Origin: Candidatus Woesebacteria bacterium GW2011_GWB1_33_38 | GTDB taxonomy: Bacteria; Patescibacteriota; Microgenomatia; UBA8517 | DNA length: 55,049 bases | Assembly (NCBI GenBank): GCA_000990005.1 | Contig: LBPF01000006.1 | Location: 99,615 to 154,663, forward strand | Direction: 5' to 3' | Part shown: in pieces, positions 41,031 to 50,260 of the stretch | Position numbering within the stretch: the stretch's first letter is position 1 | Layout of the letters: the number at the start of each line of letters is the position of its first letter | Made by a program: the position numbers and the translations under genes | Notes under the pieces: model-generated | Seen by the model: the letters and a program-made list of their open reading frames with translations, nothing else | What the model was told of the DNA's origin: nothing | The model's database searches: none

Positions 41031-41092
41031 ATAGATATATTACTACATAAATTTGCATTTTGCAGAGAGAGAGAGAGTAATATTGGATTATT

Positions 41093-41296
41093 ATGACAAA
41101 TGAGACAAATGTTCATCCAGCTGAGCCAATATTAAATGATCAAGGTTTGAAAGTTGGTGTAGTAACACGATATGCTGGTGGGTCTATAGAAAGTTTAGCC
41201 CTTAATAATGTTAAAGCTGGAGACGTAGTTACAATGCCAAATGGCAAAAAAGTTACGTTACAAAGTCTTGGTCCGGAATCGGATGTTATTGTTTGA
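41093..41296 (+). CDS. small hypothetical protein
   Basis: 67-aa ATG ORF filling thrS-typA gap. Confidence 0.55.
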   Translation: MTNETNVHPAEPILNDQGLKVGVVTRYAGGSIESLALNNVKAGDVVTMPNGKKVTLQSLGPESDVIV

Positions 41297-41302
41297 TTAG
41301 TT

Positions 41303-43135
41303 TCATTTAATCCCCATCGATTTTTTGCGCCTTGCTTCAACTTCATCTAAAATAACTTTTCTGATCCTAATGGATCGTGGAGTTACTTCAACAAGTTCGC
41401 TGTCGTCAATATACTCTAAGGCATCATCCAAAACCATTACCCTTGGTGTATTAAAATGTTCTGCTGAGCCATCACCTTTACTTCTCATGTTACTTAGTTG
41501 TTTTTCTTTACAAACATTAACTATCATGTCCCCTGCTCTTGAGTTTTGGCCAACAACTTGGCCTTTATAGACTTTAATTGCAGGGCCTACAAAAAGCTGT
41601 CCTTGACCTTGAACATTTGTAAGTCCATATAACCTTGTTTCTCCCGTTTCAAAAGCAACCATTGACCCTCTATCTCTTTCTCTTTCAAAACCATCATCAG
41701 GTAAATAGTCAAAAAAGGCAGTATTAATTATTCCCATGCCTTTAGTGTCAGTTATCAGTTCACCTCTGAAACCTATAAGCTCTTTAGTGGAGACAGTAAA
41801 TTCCAAGGATACGATTCCTTCTTCATTTTTATACATATCATCCATCTTGCCATGTCTAATCCCCATGTGTTGTATAACAACACCTGAAAATTCTTCTGGT
41901 ACGTCCACGTAGACCTTTTCAAATGGAGTGTAAGTCTTACCATCAATTATTTTATTAATAACATGAGGTCTGGAAACAGAAAATTCATAACCCTCTCTCC
42001 TCATTCTTTCAATGAGGATTGCTAAATGTAGTTCTCCTCTACCAGACACTGTCCAAGTTCCGTCACTATTGTCTTCAACTTTTAAGGCAACGTCTGTCTC
42101 AAGTTCTTTATATAGTCTTTCTCTAATTTGACTACTGGTTTTAAAATCTCCCTCACGCCCTCCAAATGGAGAGTCGTTAACCAGAAAGACCATCTTAACA
42201 GTTGGTTCTTCAATTGATATTAAGGGAAGAGCTACAGGATTTTCTAAACTGGCAAGTGTTTCTCCAATGGTTACTTCTGGAATACCTGTAACAGAAACAA
42301 TATCACCCGCAAAAGCTTCTTTTTCGTCCTGTTTGGTTAGACCTTTGAAAGTAGTAATTGAAGTTAATTTTGCTCTTTTTTGTACACCTTCTCTATTAAT
42401 ATGTGTAACATCTTCAATTAATGAAATTTTTCCATTTTTAATTTTTCCTATGGCAATTCTACCTTTGTAATTATCTTTACCAATGTTACTGACAAGCATC
42501 TGAAGTGGTTTTTCTGGGTCTCCAGATGGAGCTGGAATATATTTGATAATTTCTTCAAAAATAGGGGTAATATCTTTCATTTTGGTAGGGTCTGGTTCAT
42601 AACCTGCTACTCCGTCTCGTCCGCTGGCGTAGATTGTGGGAAAAAAAGCCGTAGATTCATCAGCACCTAATTCAACAAATAAATCAAAAGTCTTTCCCTG
42701 AACCCATTCAGAACGGGCCCCCTTTTTGTCAATTTTATTTACAACAACAATAATTTTAAGGCCCATTTTAAGAGCATGTTTTAAAACAAATCTGGTTTGC
42801 GGCATTGGACCTTCTTTGGCATCAACCAAAAGCAATGCACCATCTGCCATAGAAAGAACACGTTCAACTTCTCCGCCAAAGTCTGCATGTCCTGGAGTGT
42901 CAATGATATTTATTTTGGTATCCCCATACATTACTGAAGCATTTTTAGAAAAAATTGTAATTCCGCGTTCTCGTTCAAGTTCATTTGAGTCCAAAATAGC
43001 TTCTTGTCCTGCGTCACCCTTCCCCATTTCAGTATGTGATTGACGCAAAAGTGCATCCACTAAAGTGGTTTTTCCATGATCAACATGGGCAATAATAGCA
43101 ACGTTTCGCACACTATGTGATGCAGTCCTATTCAT
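41303..43135 (-). CDS. typA: translational GTPase TypA/BipA
   Basis: AHVDHGKTT, ERGITI, GRGELHL, EVTPRSIRIRK. Confidence 0.97.
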   Translation of the reverse strand: MNRTASHSVRNVAIIAHVDHGKTTLVDALLRQSHTEMGKGDAGQEAILDSNELERERGITIFSKNASVMYGDTKINIIDTPGHADFGGEVERVLSMADGALLLVDAKEGPMPQTRFVLKHALKMGLKIIVVVNKIDKKGARSEWVQGKTFDLFVELGADESTAFFPTIYASGRDGVAGYEPDPTKMKDITPIFEEIIKYIPAPSGDPEKPLQMLVSNIGKDNYKGRIAIGKIKNGKISLIEDVTHINREGVQKRAKLTSITTFKGLTKQDEKEAFAGDIVSVTGIPEVTIGETLASLENPVALPLISIEEPTVKMVFLVNDSPFGGREGDFKTSSQIRERLYKELETDVALKVEDNSDGTWTVSGRGELHLAILIERMRREGYEFSVSRPHVINKIIDGKTYTPFEKVYVDVPEEFSGVVIQHMGIRHGKMDDMYKNEEGIVSLEFTVSTKELIGFRGELITDTKGMGIINTAFFDYLPDDGFERERDRGSMVAFETGETRLYGLTNVQGQGQLFVGPAIKVYKGQVVGQNSRAGDMIVNVCKEKQLSNMRSKGDGSAEHFNTPRVMVLDDALEYIDDSELVEVTPRSIRIRKVILDEVEARRKKSMGIK

Positions 43136-43151
43136 ATTTTTAGCAAAAAAT

Positions 43152-43175
43152 AAAAGCCGTTATTTACGGCTTTTT
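43152..43175 (-). terminator. intrinsic terminator (probably of the tRNA-Val/Ala transcript before element insertion)
   Basis: AAAAGCCGT-AAATA-ACGGCTTTT followed by T-run on minus strand. Confidence 0.65.
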
Positions 43176-43556
43176 AGCCTATAATTTATTATATCACAAG
43201 TGCCCTTATACAAAAAGGCTCGAACTTATTTCAGAAACAATTTCTAAAATCTATGCATAGTTTAACAGATTTTAAAAGCATTCTCCAAGAAAAGGGGTTA
43301 AAGGGGAAATGAATTGGAGAAGGCTCGGGTCTTCCGCTCAGCTCCGCTTCGCGGAGCTTCGCAAACACTGCATGGTCGGACTTCTCGCTCACCCCACTGC
43401 GGTGGGGTTCGCTAACCCAATTGAAAGGTAAAGGGGTTATTTATAATCAGGTACTTTGCAGTACCTGACGGTAGTTAACGGTATACAGGAAGAAGGTCGG
43501 TGAACACCGTTAACTGGCCGTAAATACGGCCTTTTGTCCGTGTTACCGTCCGCTGG

Positions 43557-44952
43557 TTTAACCGTTGCAAAGATTATTGTTATGTCTAAAACTTAATGTT
43601 TTTTGTGTTGAGTTAAATTAAAATTTATGGTTATTGGATTAGTTTTTGAAGTGTTAATTTTTTATTGGAAGGTGTAATTTTAGTGTGGTTTAAAGTTTTG
43701 ACAAAATAATACTAGCCTAAATTTATTAAGCTTCTTGTCCAAAAAAATTATGTTTTTAACTGTTTTTTAAACTTTAAATCACCTCCAATAATCTAAGTGT
43801 CTGTAATGAATGACAGTTGTTGAAAGTCAAAGAAAAGTGTGTATCTAACTTTTCTGAGGAATTCTGTGAAGTTTTTATATTTAGGTTTGATTAAGTAGAC
43901 CAAGAGGTATGCAATTAAGGCACAATAGATTTGAGATTTAACAGCATTGTGGGTAGTTCCAAAGAATTTTTTAAGTTTAAGGTTTTGTTTGATGAACTTA
44001 AAAAATAATTCTATATCCCATCTTCTTTTATATAAATCACGAATGTCATTTGCTCTTAAATCAAATCTATTTGTGGCTATGATTATTCCTTCTTTATGTC
44101 CTTCTTCTTTCTTAAACCTAATTACTCTAACAATATCTTGCATTACCCTAGATTTTCTTACTCTCTCAGGTCTACCAAGTTTTCCAGTTTCATCTGAAAT
44201 TACATTACTAGGTTTAATATGTTTTTGTTTAAACCAAGAAAATCTATTTGTTTTATGCATCCTAGCTACAAAGAAAGCTTTTGTTTTTATAATTTTTGTG
44301 TAAAGTCCGTAGTCATTAAAACCTCTATCAAAAATGTAAGTTAACCCCTTTTTATATTCAAATTCTTTTCCATGTGTAGTGTCTCCTTTTTTCCAATCTG
44401 AAATTATTATTTGATCAGGTAGTTGCCAAAAAGGATCATATTCAACTCCAATTTTAATAGCACCACGATTACCATCCATCTTCCAAAGTGAAAATAGATT
44501 TTTGGCAACAACTGAAGTTGTAGTGTCAATTACTCTTATTTTAGAATATGGAACTCTTTTCCTTACTTTTTCTAAAATGTGCCTGTATGCCTCTTCAAAT
44601 ATACCTGAATTTCTTTTTGAATTAACTCTTGAGAGTGAACTTTTGTTTATACCATCAAATGAAAACTTTCCTGTAGCCTCAACCATTGATGAAATATCAG
44701 AAAGCGATTTAGATTGTGCCAAGTTGGCAGATACCAATATTCCAAGCTGATCTTTAGTTGTTAACTTCTTACTCCATTTATCACTTCCATATCTTTCAAC
44801 AACCAAACCTAAACTTCCTTCAATCTCTCTTGTCAAGGTCTTGAAAAGACAACCACAAGATGTATCATTAATTAAAATGGGCAGTTACCTCCTTTGGTAC
44901 TGTCCATTTTTTATCTTTTGAATCTAAATGTCAAATCTTTGCAACGGTTAAA
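43557..44952 (-). mobile_element. IS4-family insertion sequence
   Basis: perfect inverted ends TTTAACCGTTGCAAAGATT (43557-43575) / AATCTTTGCAACGGTTAAA (44934-44952), including possible TTAA target duplication. Confidence 0.92.
43793..44836 (-). CDS. IS4-family DDE transposase
   Basis: VIDTT, FDRGF, YKRRWDIELFFKFIKQ (YREK); true start may be further upstream (ATT 44878). Confidence 0.95.
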   Translation of the reverse strand: MTREIEGSLGLVVERYGSDKWSKKLTTKDQLGILVSANLAQSKSLSDISSMVEATGKFSFDGINKSSLSRVNSKRNSGIFEEAYRHILEKVRKRVPYSKIRVIDTTTSVVAKNLFSLWKMDGNRGAIKIGVEYDPFWQLPDQIIISDWKKGDTTHGKEFEYKKGLTYIFDRGFNDYGLYTKIIKTKAFFVARMHKTNRFSWFKQKHIKPSNVISDETGKLGRPERVRKSRVMQDIVRVIRFKKEEGHKEGIIIATNRFDLRANDIRDLYKRRWDIELFFKFIKQNLKLKKFFGTTHNAVKSQIYCALIAYLLVYLIKPKYKNFTEFLRKVRYTLFFDFQQLSFITDT

Positions 44953-44992
44953 GCGCCGAGCGCCGACCAAGCGTTTATCCCATCTCCACGGA
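44953..44992. repeat. 40-bp inverted repeat, left copy
   Basis: reverse complement of 46384-46423 with 1 mismatch. Confidence 0.92.
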
Positions 44993-45078
44993 TTAAAACA
45001 CTACTCTACTCGGAAACTAAATTGATATTATTTGATATCTTGATACGGATTATTTACGGGCGTATAAATGATATTGCC

Positions 45079-46448
45079 ATGAGCAATATTGTAAATAATC
45101 CTAGTCTTCAAAAATTTTTCCTGTATGCAAGAAAATCAACTGATATTGAGGATATGCAAGTACAATCAATTGAGGGTCAACTTGATGAACTTCGTTTGCT
45201 TGCCAAACGGGAAAATATAACTATTGTTGAAGAATTAGTTGAAAAACAGTCTGCCAAAGTTCCAGGACGTCCAATCTTTAACAAAATGCTTGAGATGATT
45301 GAAGAAGGCCGTGCAAATGGCATTATCTCGTGGCATCCAGATCGTTTGGCAAGAAACTCAGTAGATGGAGGAAGAATAATTTATTTAGTAGACACAGAAA
45401 AAATATCTGCCCTCAAGTTCAATACCTTTTGGTTTGAACCCACTCCTCAAGGGAAGTTCATGTTGTCAATTTCATTTTCGCAGTCTAAATATTATGTAGA
45501 TTCACTTTCTGAAAACACTCGTCGTGGGTTAAGGCAAAAAGCTAGAAATGGTAATTTTCCGGGAGTTGCACCTCGTGGATATTTAAATGATACTAGAAAT
45601 AGAACACAAAGAAAATACTTTCTAACTCTTTTTATTTTGGTTTGTTTAAATGGAGTGGTGAAGTATATGAGGGCAGACACACTCCAATTATTTCAAAGGC
45701 ACTTTTTGATAAAGTACAAGAAGTCCTTGCTTCACGTAACCATCAATGGATTAATGCTAACGTCCAGAGAGTCCCCAAGCCTTATGTAGGACTTCTAAAG
45801 TGTGGTGAGTGTGGAATGGCAATTACAGCTGAAGTACAGCCAAAGTATTATAAAGAAACTAATCGTCGTGTTGAGTATACCTATTATCATTGTACTAAAA
45901 AATCTAAAATTGTTGGTTGTACACAGTCTCACTATGTCAGTGAAACAAATCTCCATTCCCAACTCACCACACTCATCAAAAAGTACACCTTGAAAAAGAC
46001 TTGGGTTAATCAGATGCTATTAAAATTAAAAATTGAAGAATCTGACATAGCCAAGTCTTGCCTTGATGTTATTAGTATCAAGAGAAAGGATTTAGAACAA
46101 ATAGACATTAAATTAAAATTATTGTTAGATAGTTATTTAGACCAGATTATAGACAAAGATGATTTTCAAAATAAAAAGTTTGAATTAATGTCTAAGCGTA
46201 AGACGCTAGAAGAACAAATCCTTTCTCTTAAAAAGAATCAAGGCAATTGGATTGAACCTTTCAAAAACTGGATAATTGAAGCTACTGGAGTAGATCAAAT
46301 AATATCAACACAAGATAAACAACAAATAAAGGTACTCGCCTCAAAAATCTTCGGCTCGAACCTCTTCCTAGAAAACAAAACAGTCCATGGAGATGGGATA
46401 AACGCTTGGTCGGCGCTCGGCGCCGACCCGACAGGTCGGTCTTGGGTG
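45079..46448 (+). pseudogene. large serine recombinase, frameshifted by an internal deletion near 45610
   Basis: LYARKS catalytic Ser, GRPIF, DRLARN, APRGY; second frame resumes ILSNSFY.G....GRHTPIIS, CGECG zinc ribbon, coiled coil. Confidence 0.85.
46384..46423. repeat. 40-bp inverted repeat, right copy (in recombinase 3' end)
   Basis: TCCATGGAGATGGGATAAACGCTTGGTCGGCGCTCGGCGC. Confidence 0.92.
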
Positions 46449-46517
46449 GACCTATGGAGAATCGAACTCCAGTCCTCTGACTGCCAGCCAGATGTCCTAC
46501 CATTGAACGACAGGCCC
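46447..46517 (-). tRNA. tRNA-Ala(GGC)
   Basis: cloverleaf, acceptor GGGCCUG/UAGGUCC with G3-U70, anticodon loop CU-GGC-AG, GUUCGA T-loop. Confidence 0.93.
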
Positions 46518-46528
46518 GTTAAATTGTG

Positions 46529-46601
46529 TGGACCCTACAGGCTTCGAACCTGTTACCTTACCCACGTCAAGGGTACGCTCTACCAATTGAGCTAAGAGTC
46601 C
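46529..46601 (-). tRNA. tRNA-Val(GAC)
   Basis: cloverleaf, acceptor GGACUCU/AGGGUCC, anticodon stem UACCC/GGGUA with loop UU-GAC-GU. Confidence 0.93.
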
Positions 46602-47275
46602 ATTTCCGATATTATATTACAAAACTTATGGCATAGAAACAGCAATCTTCTTTGAATAGCAATTTCTGTAAACCTAATTACACATACTCCATGGTAACTC
46701 TGATAAGTCTTTGTTTTGGCAATTCTTTTATCTTTTACAAAACTAAATTCACCCTCGTTAATATTTAATTCTTTTGACCAATATTTAATTGCGGATAGCT
46801 CATTTTGATCAGATCTCAGATGAAGTTGGCATCTGCCAAGTTTTGCATTCGGATAGAGTTTTTTAATTGCATTTATAAAAAACTTTAAAACTAATGGATT
46901 AGCATTGCCAATGCTTGTTTCATTTAACTTAGAACCTTCACCTAAATATAAAAAAGATAGTGCTAATTCTAAAACTGATTTATCATCTGCGTTAATTTTC
47001 TCTAAAACCAAATCGGCTTCATTTTTTGCGGTTTTTATTCGATTTGCTTTTTGAGAATGGTGCCAAAGTAATGCTTTCTTGCGAGCGCCATCCATTTTTA
47101 TTGATGCTTCTTTGTATATTTTATCTTTTTGACGTTTACTTAATTGTATTTTTCTAAACCAACAACTAAGTGTCGATTTAGGTATTCTATAGGCTTTATT
47201 GATCACTCCAATAGAAGTACCCTCTTTTCTTAATTTAATAGCTTGATCTTTTAATTTGAACCATCGAGATATCAT
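46592..47275 (-). CDS. HTH + LAGLIDADG-like domain protein
   Basis: N-terminal HTH (IPKSTLSCW), LYLGEGSK helix, IGNANP, YWSKEL. Confidence 0.6.
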   Translation of the reverse strand: MISRWFKLKDQAIKLRKEGTSIGVINKAYRIPKSTLSCWFRKIQLSKRQKDKIYKEASIKMDGARKKALLWHHSQKANRIKTAKNEADLVLEKINADDKSVLELALSFLYLGEGSKLNETSIGNANPLVLKFFINAIKKLYPNAKLGRCQLHLRSDQNELSAIKYWSKELNINEGEFSFVKDKRIAKTKTYQSYHGVCVIRFTEIAIQRRLLFLCHKFCNIISEMDS

Positions 47276-47320
47276 CTATTTATGATATGCTCTATGGAGG
47301 TAATTATCAATGGAATATCA

Positions 47321-47962
47321 TTATCCAGCTGATCTTTGCGAGTAAGATTCACCTGACAGAAGAAATCCTGCTCCCTTTTTCTTGTATTGACTCCAAAAAT
47401 TTTTCTTTTGAGCTCTGGTATTTGAACCCTGAAGCCAAGTAACTGCACTATCTATTTTTTTTCTAAACGAAACTATTAAAGATATGATATCTTCATAAAA
47501 ATGAATTTGATATTCACTTGCAGAAACAGGATTTTGCATCACTGCATTTTTAACCGTTTCTCCTAAATTTTGGGCCGAAGCGACCATTTTGTTAGCCTCA
47601 GACATAATAGCTTGAAGTCTAAATCTCATTTCCTGAAGTTTCTGCGATGTTGATTCTTTTTCTTCATTAAATAATCTTCTTTCAAAAAATATTTGTTCAT
47701 CAAACTTTTGTTTTTGTTCTTCCCTTCCAGTTACAACATCTTCAATATCAACAGGTTTTCCCTGATTTAAATTTCCAGATCTTTTTTCCTGGAGTTGTTT
47801 TTGTTGGCCTAAAAGTTGTCTAAAAAATTCATCACTGGTTGCTTTTGCTTCATTTTTTATAGTATCGACAGTTTGAGAACCAATAGAATTAATAGTCTCA
47901 AGAATGTTTTTGTTCTCGATAAATTTATTTTTCTTTGACTTTTGGTTGTTCGTTACCTTCAT
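47321..47962 (-). CDS. conserved hypothetical coiled-coil protein (DUF5660-like)
   Basis: long ORF; C-terminal FW...KKKGAGFLLSGE...RSAG. Confidence 0.55.
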   Translation of the reverse strand: MKVTNNQKSKKNKFIENKNILETINSIGSQTVDTIKNEAKATSDEFFRQLLGQQKQLQEKRSGNLNQGKPVDIEDVVTGREEQKQKFDEQIFFERRLFNEEKESTSQKLQEMRFRLQAIMSEANKMVASAQNLGETVKNAVMQNPVSASEYQIHFYEDIISLIVSFRKKIDSAVTWLQGSNTRAQKKNFWSQYKKKGAGFLLSGESYSQRSAG

Positions 47963-47971
47963 GCGCCAATT

Positions 47972-48754
47972 TTACACCTTCTTTGTTAATTTTTCCAATG
48001 CTTTCCTTCTCATGACTACTCTTTGAAGCATTTTCTTTTGCTCATCATCTACTTTTGAGATGTCTGATCCTGTAGTTTTTACAAATTCTTCCACTTCTTT
48101 TTCAGAAACGTCAATTTTTTCACTATTGGCAACTTCATTTAAAATAAGTTCAAGTGCAATCGCGTCTTGAGACTGTTTTTGATATTCATCACGAAGTGTT
48201 TCAACTGTTTTTCCAACAGATCGAAGATAACCTTCAAGTTGTAATCCTAATTTTTCAATTCTGGCTAGTAATTGGGAAAGTCTCTCATTAACTTCTTCAT
48301 CAACCAGAAGTTTTGGAATTTCTAACTTAACAACTTTAGGTAATTCCTTAATTAATTCATCAGTTGTTGTCGATTTCAAATTTTGCTTATAGTCGGCAAG
48401 AATTACTTTAGGTAGTTCGCAAGTTACTGCTTTAATATCCCAATCAGAACCTTGGCCTATTTTTAAAGCCTCAAATTTAGGATAAATTGCAGGAGTAAAC
48501 TTATGTTCCTTGACACTTTCTGAAAAAGCAGTAGGTAACAAATGACTTAAGATGTGTTCATTTAATTTATCAACAGAGATTGATGATTCCACTTTATTTA
48601 ATGGAGCCATGCCTTTTCTAAAACCAGGTAAGGTTATGTCTTTGGCCATTTCAGAGACTACAATAGTTTTTGTCTGGGCTATTAAATCAGCGGGGATTGT
48701 ATAAACAATCTCAACATTTCCTGCTTCCTTCTTTTCAAATTTTGATGTTATCAT
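47972..48754 (-). CDS. tig: trigger factor lacking the PPIase domain
   Basis: LPGFRKGMAP ribosome-binding motif; C-terminal domain; 260 aa. Confidence 0.9.
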   Translation of the reverse strand: MITSKFEKKEAGNVEIVYTIPADLIAQTKTIVVSEMAKDITLPGFRKGMAPLNKVESSISVDKLNEHILSHLLPTAFSESVKEHKFTPAIYPKFEALKIGQGSDWDIKAVTCELPKVILADYKQNLKSTTTDELIKELPKVVKLEIPKLLVDEEVNERLSQLLARIEKLGLQLEGYLRSVGKTVETLRDEYQKQSQDAIALELILNEVANSEKIDVSEKEVEEFVKTTGSDISKVDDEQKKMLQRVVMRRKALEKLTKKV

Positions 48755-48927
48755 GCTCCTTTGTGTTGATTAATTCTAAATTGGGGCGAGTTTATCACAA
48801 CTGATTTCTGTGGTCCACTGGTATCTCTTGCAACAAAACTGTTTTTGTTCTTTGACTTATCAAATATGGAAAACTTGATTCCCGTAGGCAAAGGATTAAT
48901 CTTTTTCTCCACTTGTATCTTTTTCAT
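48751..48927 (-). CDS. 58-aa hypothetical protein (not in ORF track)
   Basis: MKKIQVEKK...FRINQHKGA; ATGA overlap with tig. Confidence 0.55.
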   Translation of the reverse strand: MKKIQVEKKINPLPTGIKFSIFDKSKNKNSFVARDTSGPQKSVVINSPQFRINQHKGA

Positions 48928-49030
48928 AATATCTATAGTATAATACTTTTTAGTGCCGTCCGTAAGGTTAGATTATATTTAGTCCCCAAGGTTAGGCCCC
49001 AAGGAATCGAGGTGATAAATTAATTAAAAT

Positions 49031-49282
49031 ATGAAAAAATTATTTATAGGAAATCTTTCGTGGGAAACTACAGGAGATGATTTGAGAGCTTTTTTTGCAA
49101 CTTTTGGTACCGTTATTGATGCTGTCGTTATTATGGACAGAATGACTAATAGGTCAAGAGGATTCGGTTTCGTTGAAATGGAAACTGAAGAAATGGCTCA
49201 AAAAGCATTAGAAGCAAACGGAAAAGAAGTTAAAGGTAGAGCAATGAATGTAAACATGGCTAAACCTCAAGAAAACCGTTAA
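49031..49282 (+). CDS. RRM (RNP-1) RNA-binding protein
   Basis: LFIGNL (RNP2), RGFGFVEM (RNP1). Confidence 0.95.
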   Translation: MKKLFIGNLSWETTGDDLRAFFATFGTVIDAVVIMDRMTNRSRGFGFVEMETEEMAQKALEANGKEVKGRAMNVNMAKPQENR

Positions 49283-50247
49283 GTTCTCTTGTGTTTTTCA
49301 AAAAACTGAAAAGTTTTTAGAATTACATCACTCCAAAGCGGGTTCATATTATGATCAGCGCCGGAGTGATTGTGGTTTGTAAAGTCTTTGTTTAGTTCCT
49401 TCATTTGTCCAACAAATCTATTTCTCCACTCAACAGGAATTGCATCATCATTGGTACCATAGTGGTATTCAATCGGAGCATTAATTTTATCTAAATAATT
49501 TGTTAACGAATATTTTTCTACGTCATAATCAGACTCAAACTTTGATAGTTCTTTTCGAATAAATTTACCATGATCTTCAGATTCGTTAGTATAGAAAAGC
49601 ACAGAATAAGGAAAATTTTCAGTGACAGGAGCCCAAAGTACTGTTGGGTAATTAGCTCCAGTAATTTCAAGGACAGTTAATGCAACTTGACCTCCATTAC
49701 TGTGTGTCCAGATAAAAATATTCTTTTGATCCCAATCTGGGAAATTTTTTTTGTTTATAGATTTTAATAATGTTAAAGTAGTTGTGTACGTTTGAAATCT
49801 GGCCTCAAAAATATTTGATGACTCGATGTCTGAGCCTCCATATCCTAAAAAGTCAGGTGCAACTGTAATGTATCCATTTTTAGAAAAATATTCTCCCACT
49901 CTTTTTGTTCCTGTTCCTGTTGTGTAAATACTTTGATCAACATAGCCTCTGAGTAAAACAACTACAGGAAATGGACCATTTCCCTCAGGCATGTTAATTA
50001 AGCCAGTTACTTTTTTGCCATTAGCTTTAAAGCTAAATATATTTTTATCGATCGTAATTTTTGAAGGTTCAAAGTTTGTTTTTGACAAATTTTCAATTGT
50101 ATATTTTTCCAAAGGTTTGGGTTTGTTCCAGGCTGGCAACATTTGTTCTTTATTTAAATAATTCTTGTATATATCACTTCCCCACCAGCCAAGAGAAAAC
50201 AAGATTAAAGAAGTTAGAATATAGACTATTGATTTTTTAGTTACCAT
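49279..50247 (-). CDS. membrane-anchored alpha/beta hydrolase (S9-like)
   Basis: GPFPVVVLL, APDFLGYG, HSNGG nucleophile, ADH. Confidence 0.85.
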   Translation of the reverse strand: MVTKKSIVYILTSLILFSLGWWGSDIYKNYLNKEQMLPAWNKPKPLEKYTIENLSKTNFEPSKITIDKNIFSFKANGKKVTGLINMPEGNGPFPVVVLLRGYVDQSIYTTGTGTKRVGEYFSKNGYITVAPDFLGYGGSDIESSNIFEARFQTYTTTLTLLKSINKKNFPDWDQKNIFIWTHSNGGQVALTVLEITGANYPTVLWAPVTENFPYSVLFYTNESEDHGKFIRKELSKFESDYDVEKYSLTNYLDKINAPIEYHYGTNDDAIPVEWRNRFVGQMKELNKDFTNHNHSGADHNMNPLWSDVILKTFQFFEKHKRT

Positions 50248-50257
50248 GCCATATAAT
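50229..50257 (+). promoter_or_regulatory. sigma70 promoter of sRNA B
   Basis: TTGATT-17 nt-TATAAT. Confidence 0.75.
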
Positions 50258-50260
50258 GTA

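Larger units (their letters stand above)
43200..46448. mobile_element. serine-recombinase integrative element at the 3' end of tRNA-Ala
   Basis: recombinase reads into tRNA at GTG 46446-46448; GTG at 43200 starts VPLYKKARTYFRNNF*, a plausible displaced recombinase C-terminus. Confidence 0.65.

Noticed and set aside
43245-43556. SRP RNA, tRNA or CRISPR array in the hairpin-rich region
   Set aside because: No SRP helix-8 motif, no cloverleaf, no repeat-spacer periodicity; no CRISPR array or cas gene seen anywhere in the window.
46449-46595. C-terminal 49 aa of ORF 45642-46595 and ORF 46282-46503
   Set aside because: Read-through across two tRNA genes, not genuine coding sequence.
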